The notes under the pieces were generated by a model. It made no database searches, was not told where the DNA came from, and saw only the letters and a list, made by a program, of their open reading frames with translations. From Eledone cirrhosa (taxonomy: Eukaryota): a stretch of DNA of 64,000 nt. The translations under genes and the position numbers were made by a program. The stretch covers positions 35,278,001-35,342,000 of the forward strand of contig OZ024752.1 of the NCBI GenBank assembly GCA_964016885.1, written 5' to 3'. The first letter of the stretch is position 1. Every line of letters starts with the position of its first letter. Of the stretch, positions 54,767 to 64,000 are shown piece by piece.

Positions 54767-55790
54767 TGGACAAGACAGGTACATGCTGGGCATGACAGGT
54801 AGACATTGGACATGACAGATGTTCTGGACATGACATGTACACACTGGACAATACTGGGGCATACTGAACATGACAGGTGTCCTAGACAAGACAGGTAATA
54901 CTGGACAAGACTGGTGTTCTGCATAAGACATGTACACACTGGACAATACTGGGGCATACTGAACATGACAGGTGTGCTGGACAAGACAGGGACACAGTGG
55001 ACATGACAGGTACACTCTGGACAAGACCGGGGAACACTGTATACAAGACAGGTAGACACTGGACATGACAGGTGTGCTGGACAAGACAAGGACACAGTGG
55101 ACATGACAGGTACACTCTGGACAAGACTGGTGTTCTGCATAAGACAAGTACACAATGGACAAGACTGGGGAACACTGTATACAAGACAGGTAGACACTGG
55201 ACATGACAGGTGTGCTGGACAAGACAAGGACACAGTGGACATGACAGGTACACTCTGGACAAGACCGGGGAACACTGTATACAAGACAGGTAGACACTGG
55301 ACATGACAGGTGTGCTGGACAAGACAGGGACACAGTGGACATGACAGGTACACTCTGGACAAGACCGGGGAACACTGTATACAAGACAGGTAGACACTGG
55401 ACATGACAGGTGTGCTGGACAAGACAGGGACACAGTGGACATGACAGGTACACAATGGACAAGACTGGGGAACACTGTATACAAGACAGGTAGACACTGG
55501 ACATGACAGGTGTGCTGGACAAGACAGGGACACAGTGGACATGACAGGTACACACTGGACAAGACAGGTGCGCAATCTACAAGACAGGCACACACAGGAC
55601 AAGACAGGAGAACACTGGACATGACAGGCGCGTGCTGTGGACATACAGGTGCACGCTCTACAAGACAGGTGCACACTGTGTAGAAGACAGGTATTCTGGG
55701 CAAGACTGGTGTTCTGGACAAGACTTGGGGCACACTGGACAAGACAGGGAAACACTGTCTACAAGACAGGTACACACTGTACAGGATAGC
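54767..55790. repeat. ~20-bp minisatellite (GGACA(A/T)GACAGG...) with a 100-bp higher-order repeat
   Basis: Identical text at 55201, 55301, 55401 and 55501. Confidence 0.93.
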
Positions 55791-55884
55791 AAATGTCATA
55801 ACAGAATGTGTGACGAAAGACCTTTGACAATTAAATAACAATTTGGTTACTAAACTAACCGAGGAATGGGTTAGTTACCTAACT

Positions 55885-56645
55885 ATCGGTAGAGCGTCGG
55901 ATAACATGCATTGCGGCATATAGTTACGTCCCTTTACACCCTGAGTTCAAATCCGGCTAAGATTAGAACTGCCTTTCATGCTTACGGGGTCGATAAAATA
56001 AAGTACCAGTAACGCACTGGGGTCGATTTAATCGACGCACCCCACCAAAAAAAATAAAATAAATAAAATAAAATAAAAAATTGTTGGCTTTGGCTTTGGC
56101 CTTGTGCTTATATCAGAAACCATTATTTAAAGTAAGGACGGTGGATTGGCAGTATCGGTAGAGGGTCGGACGCCATGCTTTGCAGCATTGAGTTACGTCC
56201 CTTTGCGATTTGAGTTCAAACCCTTCCGAGGTTAACTTTGCCTTTCGTCCTTACGGGGGTCGATAAAATAAAGTACCAGTAATGCACCGGGATAATTGCT
56301 GGCCTTGTGCCAAAAAGTAGAAACAATTATTTAAAGCAAGTTGTAATCGACGAACTAAACAATACCAATTTAGAATCATCTGGAAATCTTGAAATTTATA
56401 TTGTAGCAATTCCAGATTTTCGTCCCGGTATGGTATTCTCTTTGCAAAAACCAAAAGTCGATGAAACTCTTCTTAAAATATTCTGTGTGAAACCTCGTAT
56501 CATTTAAAGTTGGTCGTAATACATAAATATTTTCTGCTCTTATTACTTCTAATTCCCACAAATCAACATTGCTGCTAAAAATCATTTAAGTCACATTTTT
56601 GAAATAATACAAAGACTTCCTTGAAATTCATGAACACTTCGTCAT

Positions 56646-56678
<33 letters not shown>

Positions 56679-56912
56679 CACCATCTATAATAATGGTTTC
56701 TTATATAGGCACAAGGCCAGCAATTTTGGGGGAGGGGAAAGTCGATTAAATCGACCCCAGTGCGTGACTTTATTTTATCGACCCCCAATAAGGATGAAAG
56801 GCAAAGTTAACCTCGACAGGATTTGAACTCAGATCATAAGGGGCCGTAACTCTTTGCTGCAAAGCATGGTGTCCGACTCTCTACCGATACTGCCAATCCA
56901 CCGCCCGATTTA

Positions 56913-56951
<39 letters not shown>

Positions 56952-57136
56952 TGTTTCTACTTTTGGCACAAGGCCAGCAATTACCCAGTGCATTACTGGT
57001 ACTTTATTTTATCGACCCAGTAAGGATGAAAGGCAAAGTTAACCTCGGCGGGATTTGAACTCAGAATAACAAGGGCCGTAACTCTATGCGTCAAAGCATG
57101 GCGTCCGACCCTCTACCGGTACTGCCAATCCACCGT
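55885..57136. mobile_element. Four tRNA-derived SINEs, two + and two -
   Basis: Match the family consensus. Confidence 0.85.
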
Positions 57137-57868
57137 AATAATGATAATAATAATACATATTTTTGATTTTAAGATAATCATATTGGAAATTTTAATTTCT
57201 TGTTGATTCATTAATATGTTGCTTCATTAATATTCTCTGCAATGAGAGTCTCAGAAAATCACGAATACAAGAAGTTTTAAAAAAATTGATTCTTTTCTGA
57301 ATGTAGAAATAGTTCTACCTCGTCTTCTATGTCTGCTGATAATTTTGGTTTTAAATTTTAATTTACTAAGCTATAAAATATGTCAAAAATCTCATTGATT
57401 TAGTCAGCAACATTTCTTGATAAAATTAATTTTATCAAAAGTTATAAAAGTTTCCTTTTTTAAGTTTAAGTATATTTACAAGAAAGCAGCGAATTAGCAA
57501 AGTTGTTAGAACTTCGTATAAAATGCATTGCAATATTCGTTTTGGATCTCTGTTCTCTGAGTTCAAATCCCGCTGAGGTTTACTTTGCTTTTCATCCATT
57601 CAAAGTCGATAAAAAAAGTACCAGTTTAGTACTGGGGTCAATTCTTCTTCTATATCATTTTCTCGTTTGCTCTCTGTCCATGTGTGGAATAAATCGGCTG
57701 TGTTCAGATCTGGAGAGGAGATGGGCTCCACCATGTTTAAAACAATAACCAAGAAACAGCGTATGTCACTACGGCTCCCTTACGACTTCCCCAGATGTTA
57801 GGGGTTCATAATATATACATATATACACATATATACATAATATATACATATATAATAATATATACATG

Positions 57869-58284
57869 AAGGAACGATCGACTTTCGTCAAATCGGACCG
57901 AGGGAACAATGTTTCCGTTGGTCTTTCCAATTGCTAATACTATCTATCGGTCGCAACTCCAGGTAGAAGGAGCAACGTGAAATAAAGTGTCTTGCTCAAG
58001 GACATAACGCATCGCCTGGTCCAGGAATCTAACTCACAACCTTACGATTGCGAATCCAATTCTCTAACCACTCAGCCACACGCCTGAGTGGTTAGAGAAT
58101 TGGATTCACAATCTTGAGATTGTGAGTTCGATTCCTGGACCGGGCGATGCGTTATGTCCTTGAGCAAGACACTTTATTTCACGTTGCTCCTTCTACCTGG
58201 AGTTGCGACTGATAGATAGTGTTAGCAACTGGAAAGACCGACGAAAACATTGTTTCCTCGGTCCGATTTGACGAAAGTCGATCG
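57869..58284. mobile_element. Head-to-head inverted pair of a young CORE-like tRNA SINE
   Basis: A-box TGGCTGAGTGG, B-box GTTCGATTC, and CCTTGAGCAAGACACTT. Confidence 0.88.
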
Positions 58285-58799
58285 AATATATACATATAAT
58301 ATTAAAATATGGTAAACTCTGGAATTTTAGAAAACTGGTGATGGACTTTGTCTTTAAAAAAGCAGCCCCAGTGAATGTGAAGTTTGGATGATTGATAAAG
58401 CTTGTCATGAGATGGGTTGAATATAAACTATCGTTAATTTGGGCTTTTCGTCGTCTGAGAGTCAAACAATGAAGGACTGAAATTGAGCGATTGATTCGCT
58501 GAGGAGAGAGATGGACAATAGAAGTGATACAAGAGGGTGAGAAAGTTAAAGAGGCCATTTAAACGAAGCAGAAGAGTCCAGAAGAGAGAACGCAAGGGAG
58601 ATAACTACAATATAATACTTCAATCAGACAGGAATACAGTTACAATAACATAAAGTATTTTGTGGATGAACGAGAGGGGGACAGCAGGAGTAAAATTGTC
58701 GAAGATGGTCGCAGGAATATATATGCAAACACAAGTGCACACACGTCGCCCCCACACACCACCCTTTCTCTATAAAGTTATGTTGGTACCACAGAACAT

Positions 58800-58975
58800 C
58801 CAGTCCACACTGTAAATGTGGTTAATGTTAGGAAGGGTATCCAGCCGTAGAAAGCCTGCCAGAAACAGTTCTATTCGAGCGAGAAACGGTCACCCGACCA
58901 ATCGTGCCTCAAGTGGGAAAATACCGTCTAACCCATTCTAGCGTGGAATATGGACGTTAAATGATGATGATGATT
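58800..58975 (+). mobile_element. SINE 3' part with RTE-type tail and (GAT)n
   Basis: GGACGTTAAATGATGATG resembles the RTE end GGACGTAAAATGATGATG at 15416-15442. Confidence 0.65.
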
Positions 58976-60136
58976 ATATATATATATATATATTATAATA
59001 ATAATAATTGTTTCTACTTTAGGCACAAGGCCAGCAATTACCCAGTGCATTACTGGTACTTTATTTTATCGACCGCGTAAGGATGAAAGGCAAAGTCAAC
59101 CTCGGCGGGATTTGAACTCAGATCATAAAGGGACGTAACTATGCTGGAAAGCATGGCGTCCGACCCTCTACCGATACTGCCAATATGTATTTACAAAGCG
59201 GTAGAAATATATAAAGCGAAAAGGATGACCAATAAAACATAAAACAAAACAAAGTAATATTTTTCTTACCCAGTATATTTCAGGGTAAATACCCCTTTTT
59301 AAAATGCAAAACAAAAATGAACGATGTGTTCTTTTTTTAACTGGTCCAAATGTCCGGATTGTGGGAGCGTGGAGCCCCTCTACTCTTTGTAGAGTTAATC
59401 TAATGCATATGAGTGGCTTCTGTGTGTTGATAATTAAAGCCTTTTTAAATCTTAAATTTCCCACATTCCTTTCCTTCCATCTATAGTGACCTCAATGTCT
59501 CAGTTACATTTTAATGGTGGTTTTATTACAGATGAAAAACTCGTTTATAAAAAAAAAATACATGCAAAATTGCAGTAACAAGACAATGAGGTCAGCAAGC
59601 AGTAAAATGCACCTATATGTTCTACTTTCCATATGGTATAATAACATTTTCTAATTTCGGCTCAAGGTCAACGTTTTGGGAGTAAAGAGTTAAGTCTATC
59701 AACCCCCCCCCCCCCCCAGTGTATAACCTGTAGTTTATTTTATCGAACTCGGAAAGATGCTAGGCAAAGATAGCCTTGACGGGATTTGATCTCTCTGAAC
59801 GTAACCCTGGCGGGATTTTATCTCAGAACGTAACATTGGCGGGATTTGATCTCTCTGAACGTAACCCTGGCGGGATTTTATCTCAGAACGTAACATTGGC
59901 GGGATTTGATCTCAGAAAGTATAAAGACAGAATAAATACTGCTAAGCAATTGTCCGACGCTCTAACGACTCTGCCAAGCCATTGCCCTAATATGGTGTAA
60001 TCATAATGCATAGTATCAATATTTAATTGATTGCCCGTTTTGTCAATAAATTCAGTAAAGTATGAGATTCAGAAATTATCGATTTCTTGGGCAAGACACT
60101 TTTTTCCCGTTGCTCCAGCTCCCCCCCCCCATATAT

Positions 60137-60465
60137 ATATGGCTCTGAACATTAATCAGTATACACTGAGGATGAAAAACTCAGAGCTGTATGGGAGCAT
60201 CCCAAAAGTCAGCTCAACAGTGACACAGAGGAGACTGAGGTTAGCTGGACATGCTCACCGACATCCAGAGTTGACATTGCACTCAGTGCTCCTTTGGGAA
60301 GCCCCTACATGGACACACTGGAAGAGGAAGACCAAGGTTAACGCATGTTGATGCCCTAAGGACAGAGACTGGTCTGTTGGAGACGCAGGACATGGCAGCG
60401 ATAATGAGGGACAGAGACCGCTGGAGAGAACTCGGCCATGGATCTCGGGAATTTTACCCGCCTTA
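60137..60465 (+). mobile_element. Decayed RTE-like LINE 3' fragment
   Basis: RRLRLAGHAHRHPE..VLLWE, then GRGRPR in a shifted frame. Confidence 0.75.
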
Positions 60466-60490
60466 GATATATATATATATATATATATAT

Positions 60491-60683
60491 ATAGGAGTAA
60501 GTAAGACCCCGACGGCTGAGCTCAAGCCGTTTCGACGGCTAATCCAGTACAGAATTAGCCGTCGAAACGGCTTGAGCTCAGCCGTCGGGGTCTTACTTAC
60601 TCCTATTACCCACTCTACTACCCTAACTATTGAGTACTTTGGTGCGTTATGGTCCACCTGGTTCCTTACCACTTTTCCTTCGC
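60491..60683 (+). mobile_element. (TA)n-flanked fold-back pLTR-like insert
   Basis: Perfect 53-bp arms at 60491-60543 and 60554-60606. Confidence 0.7.
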
Positions 60684-61088
60684 TATATATATGTATATGT
60701 ATATGTGTGTCTGTGTGTGTGTGTGTGTGAAAACTTTATGAACATTAATATTTTCTACATAATATATTACGTAGTATAGTAATTATCTGTTGTGAATGTT
60801 ATTTGTAATCCTTTGAAAGGTTAGCCTCCTACATGTCGTTTGATTCCCAATATTAGATACAGAATGTATATTATAATTTAACCCTCTGTGCTATACTTAG
60901 AAGTAAAGCGATATACAGCTATCAGTTGGATTTCAAGTATTTTATGTCTGCATGCTAAATTTACAATTAATATACAACTAATGTCGGGTCAGGCTTCTGC
61001 CTGTTACTAATACCATGTAACCCGGTAAAACTTGCTTCGTAGTCGAGCAAGCGGTGAATAAATCGGTTATGATCCGGTGAGGAAGGGA

Positions 61089-61120
<32 letters not shown>

Positions 61121-61577
61121 GAAGGCGTGTGGCTGAGTGGTTAGAGAATTGGATTCGCAATCGTAAGGTTGTGAGTTCGATTCCTGGACCAGGCGATGCG
61201 TTATGTCCTTGAGCAAGACACTTTATTTCACGTTGCTCCTTCTACCTGGAGTTGCGACCGATAGATAGTATTAGCAATTGGAAAGACCAATGGAAACATT
61301 GTTTCCTCGGTCCGATTTGACGAAAGTCGATCGTTAAAAAAAATATATAAATATAGAAAAGGAACGATCGACTTTCGTCAAATCGGACCGAGGGAACAAT
61401 GTTTCCGTTGGTCTTTCCAATTGCTAATACTATCTATCGGTCGCAACTCCAGGTAGAAGGAGCAACGTGAAATAAAGTGTCTTGCTCAAGGACATAACGC
61501 ATCACCTGGTCCAGGAATCGAGCTCACAACCTTACGATTGCGAATCCAATTCTCTAACCACTCAGCCACACGCCTTC
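61121..61577. mobile_element. Tail-to-tail inverted pair of the same CORE-like SINE
   Basis: + copy 61121-61335, - copy 61359-61577. Confidence 0.88.
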
Positions 61578-61763
61578 AATATGTATATGTATATATGTAT
61601 ATATATATGTATATGTATGTATAGATATATGTGTATGTATAGATATATGTATGTGTATTTACATATAGATATATGTCTATGTATATATATATATGTATAT
61701 GTATGTATATATATATGTATATGTATGTATAGATATATGTGTATGTATAGATATATGTATGTG

Positions 61764-61814
<51 letters not shown>

Positions 61815-62164
61815 ATGTATATACACCGTCTATACAGGCAAAAGGGGACGAAGAGAATGAAGGCAACGAGAAAAATAAGCACATCAAAGAGAAAGTAAAA
61901 CGAACAGAAAACACTAGCTAGGTATCAAGGAGCTTCACATCATCAGCTAACCATCGTTGGATATCATCAGAATTTCGTGTAATTATGGATCGGACTACTA
62001 ACCACAACGCACGTTGCAGTTTTAAAAATGCAAACAAATAACACACACGGGTACTGAGAACGAAACAAATAGAAAAATAAAATAATAACATACCAGGATG
62101 TAAAAGCAAGTCGTAGGAACAAATGTACGAATAAGGTCACATGTGAATCATAAACGAATGTCTG

Positions 62165-62200
<36 letters not shown>

Positions 62201-62340
62201 CTATGTATAAATATTTCGTATCTCCAAAGAAATACAGTTTTAGGAAGCCGTAGCTATGCAAACACCGTGGGGCAGACTCTCTTTGGAGATACGAAATATT
62301 TATACATATTGTATAAAGCTATGCTTGAAGCGAAATCCTA

Positions 62341-62413
<73 letters not shown>

Positions 62414-62424
62414 TACGCACATAC

Positions 62425-62455
<31 letters not shown>

Positions 62456-62472
62456 CATATACATAAATATAC

Positions 62473-62511
<39 letters not shown>

Positions 62512-62648
62512 CATATATATACATATATATATATATACATATATATATATACATATACATATATATACATATATATATATATATAAACATATATATACAT
62601 ATATATATATATATAAACATATATATACATATATATATATACATATAC

Positions 62649-62679
<31 letters not shown>

Positions 62680-62682
62680 AAC

Positions 62683-62849
<167 letters not shown>

Positions 62850-62862
62850 TATACATATATAT

Positions 62863-63356
62863 ATAAATCAGGAAAGAAGGTTGACATGGTTTGCTATACA
62901 AAAAAGGTTTAATCACATAGCTTACATTTGTTTCACTGAGCTGGTATGTCTAGAGATCGCTATTCGCTTATTTTCGCGTTACTCGATCGCCAATACAAAA
63001 TTATAACCAGTCAGATCTTCTCGCATGCTCCGAAGATCTGACTGGTTATAATTTTGTATTGGCGATCGAGTAACGCGAAAATAAGCGAATAGCGATCTCT
63101 AGACCTACCAGCTCAGTGAAACAAATGTAAGCTATGTGATTAAACCTTTTTTGTATAGCAAACCATGTCAACCTTCTTTCCTGATTTATTATTACTCCAA
63201 ATGTTTACAACATAGGAATCACGGCATACCCGCAGCATCACTACGAAAACGCCTTGTTGAGTCAAACCAAGCCAAGCATTAATATCATCCACTACCCGGA
63301 ATACCATAACTGGACTTTACCTAAGTGGACTGCATTTAACTATTATTTGTTACCCC

Positions 63357-63360
<4 letters not shown>
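62863..63360 (+). mobile_element. (TA)n-flanked fold-back insert with long-stem-II hammerhead variant
   Basis: 158-bp arms at 62863-63020 and 63032-63189 with one mismatch seen; CCGAAGA-T-CTGACTGGT...ACCAGCTCAG-T-GAAA-CAAATG-TA. Confidence 0.72.
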
Positions 63361-63451
<91 letters not shown>

Positions 63452-63462
63452 CATATATATAC

Positions 63463-63517
<55 letters not shown>

Positions 63518-63518
<1 letters not shown>

Positions 63519-63830
63519 TTCTTTTATTTGCCACTAGGGCATCAAAAGTGGGACAAGTACAAAGGGGGGAGTTTACACAAAAAGGCGTCCTCAATAAGGA
63601 GGAGGCAATAACAAAATATAAAAATAAAATAAGATATAACAAAAAATAAAATTTTTAACAAAATCCTCAATAGAGAGGAGGCGCCTTGGGGGGTCGCACA
63701 CACCCCCGAAAAAAGTGTGCAACCCTTCTCCTCAGGAGCACAGAGAAGGGGTGCTCCCTTGGTCTTTCATCTTCCTCACCTATAGTCTGATGTAGAGTGA
63801 AGGCCCATTCACACGGGCCATTCTCGCCAC
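63518..63830 (-). mobile_element. 3' end of a related Tx1 subfamily abutting (TA)n
   Basis: Encodes VARMARVNGPSLYIRL-stop; ends in GTGGCAAATAAAAGAAAT. Confidence 0.85.
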
Positions 63831-64000
63831 AAAGTTGGAATTCCTTTTATTAATATAATCTTCTATACACAATCATACACACTCTTGTATATTTATCTAT
63901 CTATCTATATATATATATATATATAGATAGATAGATAAATATACAAGAGTGTGTATGATTGTGTATAGAAGATTATATTAATAAAAGGAATTCCAACTTT
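63831..64000. repeat. Perfect palindrome centred on (TA)n, reaching the window edge
   Basis: AAAGTTGGAATTCC... is mirrored as ...GGAATTCCAACTTT. Confidence 0.9.

Noticed and set aside
54565-55841. Cys-rich keratin- or metallothionein-like ORFs
   Set aside because: All three minus frames are open, the 100-bp period is not a multiple of 3, and no gene structure is visible.
58193-58558. 121-aa minus-strand ORF
   Set aside because: No convincing motif, and it runs into a SINE.
61121-61195. tRNA gene
   Set aside because: A and B boxes are present but the acceptor stem is incomplete and the sequence continues into a SINE body.

Overview
Repeat-saturated eukaryotic DNA. The microsatellite load and SINE types resemble an octopus or other coleoid cephalopod, which is an inference. 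The only host gene is a minus-strand GMC oxidoreductase of the glucose/choline dehydrogenase type. Eight phase-consistent coding exons (41593 to 23474, 418 codons) can be assembled, but the C-terminal catalytic exons are not in the window. The rest is mobile and tandem DNA: a near-intact 5.8-kb Tx1/L1-clade LINE inserted into an (AAT)n tract in one arm of a large inverted duplication, so the other arm shows the empty site; several RTE fragments and non-autonomous RTE derivatives; a Penelope-like GIY-YIG fragment ending in a hammerhead ribozyme; many tRNA-derived SINEs; TA-flanked MITEs; a 106-unit 44-bp satellite; and kilobases of (TA/TATG)n. The most striking recurrent pattern is short (TA)n-flanked fold-back inserts whose hairpins overlap hammerhead-ribozyme motifs. 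Almost all long Y/I/C/M/V/H/T-rich ORFs in the track are microsatellite artefacts.
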